The position numbers were made by a program, and so were the translations under genes. Under the pieces are notes generated by a model. It was given only the letters and a program-made list of their open reading frames with translations, was not told where the DNA came from and made no database searches. 64,000 nt of DNA from the human T2T-CHM13v2.0 reference genome, Homo sapiens: assembly GCF_009914755.1 (NCBI RefSeq), contig NC_060947.1; one strand, 5' to 3'. This document shows positions 1 through 14,259 of this stretch, one piece after another; position 1 is the first letter of the stretch; each line of letters starts with the position of its first letter.

Positions 1-480
1 AGTTATTATAATTTCTATTTAATTTTCATTTTATAACCTATTCATTTGCTTAAATTCTTATTTTGCCTCAAAAATTCATGTTTTTGAGGCATTTTTATGA
101 CATCTGTTTTAAAATTCTTGTTAAAATTTCAGCATTTGATTTGTCTCAGTGTTAGGATCAGTTGACTGGTGTTTCTTATTCACATTGTGGTTTTCTTTGT
201 ACCTGGTATGATGGTTGGTTTTCAATTGTATCCTAGACATTTTGTCTATTTTGTTAGGAGACTGTATTCTATTTAAATCTTTAACTCTAGCAATGAGTCA
301 CTATGTTTAGGTGTAGCACTCAACTGTTGGCCTATTTTTGTTAGCTGTGATTCTGAGGACAGATTAATTTTCAAAGCCTTTGTGGTGCTATTATGGTTTG
401 CTTTGTTTATCTTATACATCTGGGGTTCCCAGTGTCCCTGCTTGTTCTGCCTGAGAGTATGAAAAGAGTCTCCCAAATGA
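1..480 (-). mobile_element. Old, degraded LINE-1 (L1M-type) fragment, probably 5'/ORF1 region
   Basis: T-rich antisense L1-like texture (e.g. TTTCAATTGTATCCTAGACATTTTG); no diagnostic motif; boundaries uncertain. Confidence 0.35.
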
Positions 481-2029
481 CACATCTTTATTTCTCTAGG
501 TGGTGTAAGAGATTCTCCAGGCAAGTCCTCTGGAACTGAATGCTTTAATTTGGGCAGTTTGTTGTGGGAACCCTCTTTATAGAAGACACAGAAAAAACTT
601 CTAAACCGTTGTTATGGCAGAATGCACTTTTTTGGAGCCAACTTGCTGCCTGGTGTCTCAGTGGTAAAAAAGAATTTCAGGAGCAATAGGAGGGGGGAGA
701 GCTTTCCTGTCCCAGGTTGCTGTTTTGGTCAAATTATCTTTGCTGATAATCCTAGCTTGATAGAGTTGACCAAACCAAAACATTGCTTAGGTGAGAATTT
801 TCCTAAAAAAATAAATATTTCATGAATAAATTATATTAAATTATAACAAAGTATTTAGAATGATTAAACATTTTTAAGAGTCTGCAATTACAAATAAATC
901 ACTGTAGATAAAGAGAGGCCAATTCTTTGAAATGTGAAATATTCCAGGTTAAAAATGCCCTGAGTGACTGAAGCCATGAAGCATTGTTTCTTCATGGAAA
1001 TAGAACTAGGATCCAGTCATAAAGCTATGTAAAACAGCTCTTAAGCTTGTACTCAAGCTTAGAGGTAAGAGAAGTTTTATGTTATGGCCAAGCTGCCTTC
1101 AGCAGATCCTCCATTCATTGAACTTCTTGAAAGACCAGAGGCAAAGAAATCATACCTCCTTCATGTTTTTCTTTCTTAGATGGGCAGTAACAATACAAAA
1201 GAATTGAGAGGTTTGTATGACAAAAAGCACACATTTATCAGATAAAATTTTTAATATAATTTTGAACTGGGAGACTAAAAAATTAATGAACAATTATTTA
1301 GTTGAAACAGTAGTAACTTTGCATTTAAATTATAAAGTAGAACAGTTCATTTCATCATTCCCAGAAAGAGAATAATCTAGATGATAGGGCAGACAGACTG
1401 CTCAAGTGTTAAGGACAAGTGTTTATAGGAGTAAAGTGTAAGGTTAGTATTTTAATGGAAAAGTAATATAATTTGTATTTACAGAGTATTTTACAGATTG
1501 TGGTATGTTTTATATCTATAATCAATTTGGTATAAATTACCATATCCTGTAAATGTCATTACTATTCAAAGGATTGCTGGTTTCAAAGCAACTGAACTTA
1601 AAATTGCAACGTCTGTGTACTACAATGTAAGGAATTTCACTTGTTTATAAGTCCTTTATGCTGTTACTCAGAAAATGTTTACCCCTACTTATTCACTGTT
1701 CTAAGTAACATGGTGATCTTATTTACAACTGTACAGTTGATTATAAGTAGATAATTTAATGAAGAATGGGAGGAGAAAAGGAGAGGGAATCCTAATGTCA
1801 GGCAGATTAAACTCTTCACTATAAGACAGAATACAGAGTTGAACAAGGCCTAGGAGCAAGGAACCCCATTTCCTAGAGGAAATAAGGATACCTATTGGGG
1901 TTTAAATATGATTACTACAATAAAAGGAAGTAACACTCCATGAATATGTGGGTGAAAACATGGCGGAGCAAAGAAAGAAGATAGGCCTAGAACACTGTAT
2001 TGTTAAAAAAAAAGTAAGGAATTTCTAAA

Positions 2030-2428
2030 TAATAATAATAATAAAGTGGTGTGAAAGAGACAACAGGAACCAGCTGGAAGGTGCTCTCACTGACAAAATA
2101 TGGAAAAAGTATTAGCACTAAAAAAATTACTGATAGTAAAGGAATGAGGGAATGGATAACATATAAACCTGAGTCTACACACAAATAAATAAATAGCTCT
2201 TCCTTAGAGTTGTACATTAACTAAAAAATCTACAATTGATGGAGTTAGAAAATGATCATTTGGCAGCTATTATAGTGACCATTGATTTATGTAAAAATCA
2301 TCAATGTAAGCCATAAGTAGTGAGTGAAAGTTTGACATGAAGCAACATCACAAAATCTCCAAGAATTTTTCCAAAAAGTATTAATTACAAAGGGAAATTG
2401 GTAACTTCTTGGCTTAGAAATATGGTGG

Positions 2429-2468
<40 letters not shown>

Positions 2469-2500
2469 GCAAATGCAGATGGGACAACATATATCAATCT
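2030..2500 (+). mobile_element. L1MC-type 3' UTR fragment
   Basis: GGAGTTAGAAAATGATCATTTGGCAGC...AATCATCAATG...TATTAATTACAAAGGGAAA resembles the recalled L1MC4/5 3' end. Confidence 0.55.
2431..2466. repeat. (AC)n microsatellite
   Basis: 18 uninterrupted AC units seen directly. Confidence 0.97.
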
Positions 2501-2513
2501 TTAAATCTGCTAC

Positions 2514-2809
2514 TTTTTTTTTTTTCACGAGACATAGTCTCACTCCATCGCCCAGGCTGGAGGGCAGTGGCGCGATCTCGGCTCACTGAAACCTCTGCCT
2601 CCCTGGTTCAAGCGATTCTCCTGCGTCAGCCTCCCGACTAGCTGAGATTACAGGCCTGCGCAACCATGCCTAGCTAATTGTTGTTATTTTAGTAGAGACG
2701 GGGGTTTTTCCCTGTTGGCCAGGGTGGTTGAACTCCTGACCTCAGGTAATCTGCCCTATTCGGCCTGCCAAAGTGCTAGGATTACAAGCGTGAGCCTCCA
2801 CACCTGGCC
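2514..2809 (-). mobile_element. Alu (AluS-type), full length
   Basis: Poly-T head, antisense dimeric Alu ending CCTGGCC; CTACTTTTTT duplicated on both sides. Confidence 0.95.
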
Positions 2810-3004
2810 GGTACTACTTTTTTGAACTTGTCTTTAAGTTTTACACTATACCAGAATGAAAAGTTACAACAAAAAGCAAGAGGATACAGAAAAACTAATA
2901 AAAAGTAGCTATAGGTATACAAAGAATGCAGAAGTCTGTATTATTTACTCAGTGTAAAACAGGCTTGAAGATGTCAATAACCCTTCAGGCATTTCCTGCA
3001 AGCT

Positions 3005-3099
3005 GTACACTAAAAGCCCAGACTCCATCAATATGCAATGTATCCACATAACAGAACTGCACTTGTACTCTCTAAATCTATAAAAATAAAAACTAAAAA
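3005..3099 (+). mobile_element. Short L1 3' end (L1PB4/L1MA-type)
   Basis: AAAAGCCCAGACT...ACTGCACTTGTACTCTCTAAATCTATAAAAATAAAA, a typical L1 terminus. Confidence 0.75.
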
Positions 3100-3119
3100 T
3101 TGGAATTTGGCACCCCACC

Positions 3120-3338
3120 GCCTGGGTTCAATTCTTGGAGCCATTATTTACTAGCTAATAACCTTTGGAAAATTTAGTAACCCCTTTGTGCACTGTTATC
3201 ATTTGTAAAATTGTAATGATAATTATATATTTTTATAAGATTGTGGTGACAATTAAATAAGTTGGTTATGTAAATTGGTTAGAATGAAAGAATATTTGGC
3301 ACATAATAAAATCCCAGTAAACATTGTTATTATTATAT
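3120..3338 (+). mobile_element. MIR SINE
   Basis: CCTGGGTTCAATTC...TCATTTGTAAAATTG...TTGGCACATAATAAA...TTATTATTAT; MIR core and tail. Confidence 0.75.
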
Positions 3339-3449
3339 TAATGTGAAGCATTATTACTGAAGCTAATAATTATGATCCTTCAAGAAAGTTTGGAACATAT
3401 TGAAATAACTTTATTTAAGAGTAGAACAAACTACATAAAATATATAAGA

Positions 3450-4497
3450 ATTTTCCTCCTCAAAATTTATCATGTAAAAATTTGAAATTGCTGAAAACCA
3501 ATGATAAAGACAAAAAATTTTAAATAGAGGAAAAAACATATGTGTACAAAGAAACAAATATAAGGATTTTTAAAAAGTTTCAAAATAATGCAACCAAGAA
3601 AATAGTGAAGCAATATGTTTAACGTACTGAAAAGAAAAATATCCAGCCAGGCGCGGGGGCTCACACCTGCAATCCCAGTACTTTGGGAGGCTGAGGCGGG
3701 TGGTTCACTTGAGGTCAGGAGTTCAAGACCAGCCTGGCTAACATGGTGAAACCCCGTCTGTACTAAAAATTTAAAAAGTAGCCAGGCATGGTGGCCGGCG
3801 CCTGTAATCCCAGCTACTCAGAGGGCTGAGGCAGGAGAATTGTTTGAACCTGGGTGGCAGAGTTGCAGTGAGCCAAGATCATTCCATTGCACTCCAGCCT
3901 GGGTGACAGAGTGAGGCAAAAGAAAAGAAAAGAAAAAGAAAAATATTCAAAAACTAAAATGTTATATACAGTAACTAAGTAGATAACTATAAGGAATTCT
4001 TAAAGTCATTACTTAAATCTTTGTAAAGATAATCACTTTTTTAAAGTAAAAAATAATAGCCTGGTACTGTGGGGTTAATATCCATAGAAATAAAATATAT
4101 GACAGTCATAGTACAAAAGACACAAGGGCATAAATGGAATTATAGCATTATGAGTTTATTACACTATATGTGCATTGGTAAAATGTAACTTTCAGGTAGG
4201 TGATAAAAGTGAAAATGAATACTATATATAAAGCATAAAACAATAATTAAAATAAGACAAGGAGGAGTTACAGTGAATTAAATAGCAAAAATAGATTAAA
4301 TGAGATCATAAAAAACCTTCAAACATACATACTATCACTTTAAATGTAAATAGTCTGATCACCTTGATTAAAAAGCAGAAATCGTCAAATTTAATAAAGG
4401 ATCAAAATCCAAGTCTATGTGGCTGACAAGAAGTGCACTTCTTATATTTATAGCACAAAACACCTATATTAGAAAAGTAAAACCAATCTAAAATCTA
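3450..4497 (+). mobile_element. Old L1M ORF1 end, inter-ORF region and ORF2 start (host element; resumes at 7367)
   Basis: Degenerate KLLKT..KDK (ORF1) and ITLNVNSL..LIKKQK (ORF2 endonuclease start) similarity. Confidence 0.65.
3646..3934 (+). mobile_element. Alu (AluS-type)
   Basis: Full dimeric Alu with (GAAAA)n tail; TSD AAAAGAAAAATAT(C/T)CA at about 3630 and 3934. Confidence 0.95.
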
Positions 4498-7366
4498 TTT
4501 TCTTTGTTTCTTTTTGTTTGTTTTTGTTGTTTTTAAACTTTTTAACTTTTATTTTATGTTCAGAAGTACACGTGCAGGATATGCAGGGTTGCTACATAGG
4601 TAAACGTGTGTCATGAGGGTTTGTTGTACAGATTATTTCATCACACGTTTATTAAGCCTAATATCCATTAGTTATTTTTTTCTGATCCTCTCCCTCCTCC
4701 CACCCTCCACCGTCTGATAGACCCCTGTGTGTGTTGTTTGCTTCTATGTGTCCATGTGTTCTCACTTCTACTTATAAGTGAGAGGATGCCATGTTCGAAC
4801 TTCTGTTTCTGCATTAGTTTGCTAAGGATAATGGCCTCCAGCTCCATCCATGTCCCTGTAAAAGACATAATCTCATTCCTTTTTATGGCTGCATAGTATT
4901 GCTTTGTGGATACGTGCCAAAGTTTGTGGTGTATATGTACCATATTTTCTTTATCCAGTCTGTCACTGATGGGCATTTAAGTTGATTCCATGTCTTTGCT
5001 ATTGTAAAGAGTGCTGCAAAGAACATACATGAACATGTGTCTTTATGATAGAATGATTTATATTCCTTTGAGTATATACCCAGTAATGGGATTGCTGAGT
5101 CTAATGGTGTTTCTGTCCTTAGGTATCTGAGGAATCACCCCACTGTCTTCCACAATGGTTGAACTAAGGTACCCTCTCACCAACAGTGTATAAAGCATTT
5201 CTTTTTATCCACAACCTCACCAGCATCTTTTATTTTTTGAATTCTTAGTAATGGCCATTCTGACTGGTTTTAGATGGCATTTCATTGCGGGTTTGATTTG
5301 CATTTCTCTAATGATCAGTGATGAACTATTTTTCATATGATTGTTGGCCACATGTATGTCTTCTTTTGGTAAGTGTCTTTTCACGTCCTTTGCCTACTTA
5401 TTAATGGGGTTGTTTTTTTTTTCTTGTAAACTTAAGTTCCTTATAGTGATGAATATTAGATCTTTGTTAGATGCATAGTTTGCAAGAATTTTAACCCATT
5501 CTGTAGGTTGTCTGTTTACCCTGTTGATGTTTCTTTTGCTGTGTGGAAGCTTTTTAGTTTAATTAGATCCCATTTGTCAATTATTGCTTTTGTTGCAATT
5601 ACTTTTAGCATCTTTGTCATGAAATCTTTGCCCATGCCTATGTCCTGAATGGTATTGCCTAGATTTTCTTTTACGGTTTTTATAGTTTTGTATTTTACAT
5701 TTAAATCTTTAATCCATCTTAATTTTTGTATGTGCTGTAAAGAAGAGGTCTAGTTTCAATTTTCTGCACATGGCTAGCCAGTTTTCCCAGCATCATTTAT
5801 TAAATAGGGAATCCTTTTCCCAGTTCTTGCTTTTGTCAAGTTTGTCAAAGATCAGATAGTTGTAGATGTGCAGTCTTATTTTTGTGTTCTCTATTCTGTT
5901 CCATTGGTCTATGTGTCTGTTCTTGTAACACTACAATGCTGGCCCCCAGCTTTGTTCTTTTTGCTTACGATTGCCTTGGCTATTCGGGCTCTTCTTTAGT
6001 TCTACATAAATGCTAAAATATATTCTCTAGTTCTGGTAAGAATGTTAGAGGTAGTTTAATGGGAACAGCATTGAATCTATAAATTCCTTTGGGCAGTATG
6101 GCAATTTTAACAATATTAATTCTTCCCATTCATGAGCATGGAATGTTTTTCCATTTTTTTTATGGCATCTCTGATTTCTTTGAGCAGTGGTTTATAGTTC
6201 TCCTTGTAAAGGTCCTTCACTTCCCTTGTTAGCTGTATTCCTAGGTTTTTTACTCTTTTTGTGGCAATTGTGAATGGGAATTTGTTCATGATTTGGCCCT
6301 TGGCTTAAAGGTTATTAGAGTATATGAACGCAAGCAATTTTTGCACATTGATTTTGTATCCTGAGACTCTGCTGAAGTTGCTTATCAGCTTCACTATGAT
6401 TTTGGCTATGGGCTTGTCACATACGGCTCTAATTATTTTGATGTATGGTCCTTCAATACCTAGTTTATTCAGCGTTTTTAACATGAACAGATGTTGAATT
6501 TTATCAAAAGCCTTTTCTGCATCTATTGAGATGATCATGTGGTTTTTTACTTTATTTCTGTTTATGTGAGGAATAACATTTATTAATTTGCATATGCTGA
6601 ACCAACTTTGCATCCTGGAAATAAAGCCTACTTGATCTTGCTGGATACTCTTTTTGATGTGCTATTGGATTCAGTTTGCCAGTATTCTGTTGAGAGTTTT
6701 TGCATCAATCTTCATCAGGGATATTGGTCTGAATTACTTTTTATTGTCACATATCTGCCAGGTCTTGGTATCAAGAGGTCACTGGCCTCATAGAATTAGT
6801 TAAAGAGGAGTCCCTTCTTTTTGATTTTTTTGGAAAATTTCAGTAGGAATGGTACCAGCTCTTGTTTGTACATTCAGCTGTGGATCTGTCTGGTCCTGGG
6901 ATTTATTTTTTTTGGTTGGTAGGCAATTTATTACTGCCTCAATCTCAGAACTTGTTATTTGTCTGTTCAGGAATTCAATTTCTTCCTGGTTCAGTCTTGG
7001 GAGGGTGTATATGTCCAGTAATTTATCCATTTTTTCTACATTTTCCAGTACATGTGCATAGAGGTGTTTATAGTAGCCACTGATGATTGTATGTCTTTGG
7101 GGTCAGTGGTAATATCCCCCTTATCATTTCTGATTGTGTTTATTTGAATTTTCTCTCTCTTCTTTAACAGTTACCACTAGCAGTCTATTTTATTAATTGT
7201 TTAAAAAAGACAGCTCCTGTTTTCACTGATCTTTTGAATTTTGTGTGTGTGTGTGTGTGCCTTTATCTCCTTCAGTTCAACCATGGTTTTAGTTATTTAC
7301 TGTCTTCTGCTAGCTTTGGAATTGCTTGCTCTTGGTTCTCTAGTTCTTTCTTAGTTGTGATGTTAG
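4498..7366 (-). mobile_element. 5'-truncated L1PA (older L1PA11-16 type) with internal deletions
   Basis: T-rich tail at about 4500-4555, antisense 3' UTR, ORF2 pieces in the ORF track (6305-6613 [16 protein letters not shown]; 6800-7030); sequence jumps near 5940 and 6390. Confidence 0.9.
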
Positions 7367-7615
7367 GTAAGAAACTAGGAAAAACAGTAAATACAACTGA
7401 ATATTTGCAATCAATAAAATAATAAATATCAGAGGATGTAGGAATAAAATTCAAAAAAATGATAGAGAAAAACCAATGAAGATAAAATCCCTCTAGTTAT
7501 TCAGGAAAATCAATAACATCAATAAACGACTAGCAAACTGGTCAGCAAAATAAGAGAGAAGACACAAATTACCAATATAAGATATAAGACAGATGACATT
7601 CTTATGACTTCTACA
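7367..7615 (+). mobile_element. Continuation of old L1M ORF2
   Basis: AAGAAACTAGGAAAA...AGAGAAGACACAAATTACCAATAT continues the ORF2 region interrupted at 4497. Confidence 0.6.
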
Positions 7616-8928
7616 TTAGCCTATTTCAAATTATACTACAAAGCTATAGTTACCAAAACAGCATGGTACTAGTATAAAAATGTGCATACAGACTAATGGA
7701 ACAGTATAGAGAACCCAGAAATAAACCCAAATACTTAAAGCCAACTAATCTTCAACAAAGCATACAACAACATACATTGGGGAAAGGACACCCTACTCAA
7801 TAAATGTTGCTGGGGAAGCTGGAAAGCCACATGTAGAAAAATGAAATTGGAGCCTCATCTCTCAGCTTATACATAAATCAACTTAAACTGGATCAAACAC
7901 TTAAATCTAAGACCTGAAACCATGAAAATTCTGGACGATAACATCGAAAAACCCTTCTAGACATTGGGTTAGGCAAATAATTCATGACTAACACTCCAAA
8001 AGCAAACGCAGTAAAACCAAAAATAAATAAATGAGGTTTAATAAAACTAAAAAGCTTCTTCACAACAAAAGAAATTATCAGCTGACTAAACAGACAACAC
8101 ACAGAGTGGGGAAAAAGTATTCACAAACTATGCCTCCAACAAAGGACTAATATCCAAAATATACAAAAAACTCAAACAAATCATCAAGGAAAAAACAAAT
8201 AATCTCATTAAAAACTGTGCAAGTGACATGAGTAGAAAATTTTGATAAGAAGATATACGAACAGCCAACAAACATGAAAAAAGCCCAACATCACTAATTA
8301 TCAGGGAAATGCAAATTAAAACCACAACGAGACACCACCTTACTCCTGCAAGAATGGCCAAAATTATGAAGTCAAAAAATAACAGACGTTGGCATGGATT
8401 TGGTAAAAAAGGAACACTTTTATTCTGCAAGTGGGAATGTAAATTAGTACAACTATGGAAAACAGTATGGAAATTCCTTAGGAGCTAAAAGTAGAACTAC
8501 CATTTGATTAATCAATTCCACTACTGGGTATCTACCCAAATGAAAAGAAGTCATTAATAAAAAAAAAAACACATGTACACACATGTTCATAGCAGCACAG
8601 TTCACAATTGTAAAAATATGGAACCAGCATAAATGCTCATCAACCAATGAGTGGATAAAGAAAATGCGGTGTATATATACACCATGGAATACCACTCAGC
8701 CATAAAATGTAACAAAATAATTGTATTTGAGGCAACTTGAATGGAGGTGGAGGCCATTATTCTAAGTGAAGTAACTCAGGAATGGAAAACCAAATATTGT
8801 ATATTCTCACATATAATTGGGAGTTAAGCTATGAGGATGCAAAAGCATGAGTATGATATAATGGACTTTGGGGATTCAGGCGGAAGGTTGAGAGGGGAAG
8901 AGGGATAAAAGACTATGTACTGGGCTCA

Positions 8929-9223
<295 letters not shown>

Positions 9224-10089
9224 TTACCTTGGGCCAGTATGGCCATTTTCACGATATTGATTCTTCCTACCCATGAGCATGGAATGTTCTTCCATTTGTT
9301 TGTATCCTCTTTTATTTCACTGAGCAGTGGTTTGTTGTTCTCCTTGAAGAGGTCCTTCACGTTCCAGTTAGAATAGCAATCATTAAAAAGTCAGGAAACA
9401 ACAGTTGCTGGAGAGGATGTGGAGAAATAGGAACACTTTTACACTGTTGGTGGGACTGTAAACTAGTTCAACCATTGTGGAAGTCAGTGTGGCGATTCCT
9501 CAGGGATCTAGAACTAGAAATACCATTTGACCCAGCCATCCCATTACTGGGTATATACCCAAAGGACTCTAAATCATGCTGTTATAAAGACACATGCACA
9601 CGTATGTTTATTGCGGCACTATTCACAATAGCAAAGACTTGGAACCAACCCAAATGTCCGACAATGATAGACTGGATTAAGAAAATGTGGCACATATACA
9701 CCATGGAATATTATGCAGCCATAAAAAATGATGAGTTCATGTCCTTTGTAGGTACATGGATGAAATTGGAAATCATCATTCTCAGTAAACTATCACAAGA
9801 ACAAAAAACCAAACACCGCATATTCTCACTCATAGGTGGGAATTGAACAATGAGAACACATGGACACAGGAAGGGGAACATCACACTCTGGGGACTGTTG
9901 TGGGGTGGGGGGAGGGGGGAGGGATAGCATTAGGAGATATACCCAATGCTAAATGACGAGTTAATGGGTGCAGCACACCAGCATGGCACATGTATACATA
10001 TGTAACTAACCTGCACATTGTGCACATGTACCCTAAAACTTAAAGTATAATAATAATAAAATAAAAAGAAAAGGAAAAAAAAGAAAAAA
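9224..10089 (+). mobile_element. Short 5'-inverted L1PA3-like element (inverted 9224-9365, forward 9366-10089)
   Basis: ORF2 C-terminal ORF 9475-9846 ending FSLIGGN; 3' UTR has GACGAGTTAATGGG and ACTTAAAGTATAATAATAATAAAA; inverted ORF2 piece KDLFKEN..KMAIL. Confidence 0.9.
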
Positions 10090-10239
10090 AAAAGACTATG
10101 AACTGAGTGCAGTGTACACTGCTCAGGTGATGAGTACACCAAAATCTCAGAAATCACCACTGAAAAACCTATTTATGTAAACAAAAACAACCTGTGCACA
10201 AAAAACTATTGAAATAAAACTTTACAAAATTAAAATAAA

Positions 10240-13200
10240 ATACAGATTGGCAGACTGGATTAAAAAAATCACAAACTAAATATCTTCTAACTTCAAAAGA
10301 CTCACCTAACAGGTAAAAATTCTTATAGACTCAAGGTAAAGGGGTGGAAAAAGATATTTCACGCAAATGGAATAAAAAACTAGCAGAAGTAGCCATTCTT
10401 GTAGTTGGTAAAACAGACTTTGAGGCAACAACAGTAAAAAAAAAGAACAATGGTCATTTTATAAATATAAAACTATCAATACAACAAAAAGATATTACAA
10501 TCTTAAGTATGTGTGCACCTAATTATGGAGCTCCCAGATTTATAAACCAACTACTACTAGACCTAAGAAAAGAACTACACAGCAACACAGCAATAGTGGG
10601 GGACTTCAATGCTCCACTATGGCACTAGACAGATCATCGAGGAAGAAAGTCAACAAAAAAACACTGGACTTAAACTGCTCTCCAGAACAAATGGATCTAA
10701 CATATATTTACAGAACATTCTACTCCAAAACTGCAGAACATACATTCTCATTATCAGCACATGGAAGATTCTCCAAAATAGACCATATGATAGGCCACAA
10801 AACAAGTCTCAATCAAATTTTTTTTAAATTGAAATTATCTTAAATATCTTCTCAGATCACTGTGGAATAAAACTAGAAATTTACTGTAAAAGGAATCCTT
10901 AAAATAATACAAATACATGGAAACTAAACAATCTGTTCTTGAATAATTTTTGATTTAACAATAAAACCAAGATTGTAAGTAAAAAAAAATTCTTCAAAAT
11001 GAATAATAATTGTGACACAAGCTATCAAAAAATCTGGGATACAGCAAAAACAGTGCTAACAGGAAAGTTTATAGTGCTAAATGCCTACATCAAAAAGACT
11101 GAAAATCACAGGTTGACAACTAATGTCATACCTCAAGGAACTAGAGAAACAAGAACAAGCCAAAACCAAAGCTAGCAGAAGAAAAGAATGACAAGGTTTA
11201 GAGCAGAACTAAATAAAATTGAAATAAAGGAAATACAAGAATCAATAAAACAAAAATTTGGTTCTTTGACAAGGTAAACAAAATCCATGTGCCATTAGGT
11301 GGATTAACCAAGAGAAGATTTACAGAAGCTCAATTAGAAATGAAATGGAAACAATAAAACAATACCACAGAAATACAAAAGATCATTTAAGACTACTATG
11401 AACAACTCTGTGCACAAATTTAGAACAGATAGATAAAATGGATGAGTTCCGGGAAATGTACAACCCTCCTAGCTTGAATCCAGAAGAAATATAAATTCTG
11501 AAGAAGCCAATAATAAGCAATAAGATTTACTCTGTAATGAAAAAAATCACCAACAAAAAAAAATGAACCCAGAAATATATGGATTCACAGGCAAATTCCA
11601 AAAGACCTACCAAGAAAGATTAGTACCAATTCTACTGAAACTATTTGAAAAGATTGGAAAAGACAACCCCTTCCATAACTCAGTCTGTGAAGCCAGTATC
11701 ACCCTGATACCAAAGCAAGGAAATGACATTAAAAAAGAAAACTACAGACTAACGTTCCTAATGGACATAAATGCAAAAATCCTCAAAAATACTAGCAAAC
11801 CAAATGCAACATTACATCAAAAACGTTATTCATTATGCTCAAATGAGTTTCATCCCAGAAATGAAGGAATGGTTCAACATACACAAGTCAATAAGTGTGA
11901 TTCACCAAATAAACAGAATTGAAAATAAAAACTGTATGATCATCTCAATACACACAGAAGAATCAGTTGATAGGATCCAACATTCTTCATGATAAAATCC
12001 CTCAACAAACTAGGCATAGAGGAAGCATACCTCAATATAATAAAAGCCATATATGACAAACCCACATCCAACATCATAATGAATGGGAAAAAGTTGAAAT
12101 TATTCCTCCTGAGAACTGCAACAAGACAAGGATGTTCACTTTCACCACTTCTATTCAACATAATACTGGAAGTCCTAGTGTTAGCAATCAGGCAAAATAA
12201 GAAATAAAGGCATCCAAATTAGAAAAGAGGAAATCAAACTATTTGTTTGCCAATGATATAACCATATACCTAGGAAACCATACAGACTCATCCAAATGAC
12301 TACTAGATTTTATAAATGAATTCAGTAAAGTCCTAAGTTACAAAATCAATGCACACAAATAAGTGTCACTGCTATACACCAACAATGACCAAGCTGAGAA
12401 TCAAATCAAGAACTCAGTTCCTTTTATAATAGCTGCAAAAATAAAATAAAATACCTAGAAATATATGTAATGAAGGAGGTGAAAGATCTCTACAAGGAGA
12501 ACTACAAAACACTGCTGAAATAAATCATAGATGACACAAACAGTTGGAAACAAATTCCATGCTCATGGATTGGAAGAATCAGTATCATAAAAATCACACG
12601 GTGCCCAAATCGACCTGCAGATTTAATGAAATTCCCATCAAAACAGTAACATCATTTCTCACAGAATTAGAAAAAACAATTTTAAAATTCATATGGAATC
12701 AAAAATAGCCTAAATAGTCAAAGCAATACTAAGCAAAAAGGACAAATCTGAAGGCATCACGTTACCCAGCTTTAAGTCATACTACAAGGCTGTAGTAGCC
12801 AAAACAGCATAATAATGGGATAAAAGTAGATACATAGACAAACGAGACAAAATAGAGAACTTAGTAATCAAGCCAAATACTTACAACCAGCTATTTTTTT
12901 TAACAAAGTATACAAAAACATAAATTGGGGAAAGGGCACCCTATTCAATAAGTAGTGCTGGAAACATTGGATAGTCATATGTAGAATAAAATTGGATCTC
13001 TATCACCATATACAAAAATTAACTCAAGATGGATGAAAGACTTAAATGTATGACCAGAAACTATAAAAATTCTGGAATAAAACCCAGTAGAAACTCTTAT
13101 GGACATTGGCCTGGGCAAAGAAAATTATGACTAAGACCCCAAAAGCAAATGCAACAAGAACAAAAATAAATAAACAGGACCTAATTAAACCAAAAGGCTT

Positions 13201-14190
13201 GTGCACAACAACAACAAAATCATCAAAATAAACAGCCCACAGAATAGAAGAAATATTTCCAAACTATGCATCTCACAAAGTAGTAATATCCAGACCCTAC
13301 AAGAAACACAAACAAATCAGCAAGAAAAAAGCAAATATTTCCATGAAAAAGTGGGCAAATGACATGAATAGACACTTCTCAAAACAAGATATGCAAATGG
13401 ACAATGAATATATTTTAAAATGTTCAACATTTCTAATTATCAGGAAATGCAAACTAAAACTACAATGAGATATCACCTTACCCTAGCCAGAATGTCCATT
13501 ATTAAAAGTGAAAAAACAATACATGTTGACATTGATGTTGTTAAAAGGGAAAAATTATACATTGCCGGTGGGAATGTAAATTAGTACAATCTCTATGTAA
13601 AACAGTACAGATATTTCTCAAGGAACTAAAAATAGATCTATCATACAGTCCAGCAATTCCACTACTGGTGATCTACCTAGAAAAAAAAAGATGTCATTAT
13701 ATCAAAAGACACCTGCATGTACATGTTCATCACAGCACAATTCACAATTGCAAAGACATGCAACCAACCTAAGTGCCCATCAAGAGATGACTGGAAAAAG
13801 AAAATGTGGTATATATCCATACCATGGAATACTATTCAGCCACAAAAAAAAAGAATAAAATAATGTCTTTTGCAGCAACTCAGATGGAGCCAAAGGCCAT
13901 TATTTTAAGTGAATTTACTGAGGAATGTAAAATCAATTACCGTATGTTCTCACTTATAATTGGGAGCTAGGCTATGTTTATGAAAAGGCATACATAGTCG
14001 TATAACGGACATAGGAAACTAAGAAGTGGGGAGGGTTTTAGGGGGATGAGGGATAAAAAACTACATATTGGGTACAATGTACACTACTCAGGTGACAGGG
14101 GCCCTAAAAACTCAGACTAAACTGCTGTACAATTCCTTCATGTAATTCATCCATGTAACCAGAAAACCACTTCTATCCCAAAAGCTATAG

Positions 14191-14195
<5 letters not shown>
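10240..14195 (+). mobile_element. L1PB (PB3-like) with nearly all of ORF2 (decayed) and 3' UTR
   Basis: Endonuclease fragments (IVGDFNAPL, FSKIDH) and RT fragments ([13 protein letters not shown]) in the ORF track; L1PB terminus. Confidence 0.9.

Positions 14196-14231
<36 letters not shown>
14195..14231. repeat. (TA)n microsatellite in the L1 tail
   Basis: About 18 TA units seen directly. Confidence 0.95.
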
Positions 14232-14234
<3 letters not shown>

Positions 14235-14259
14235 ATTGAACGGTTCGTTATTATATAAT

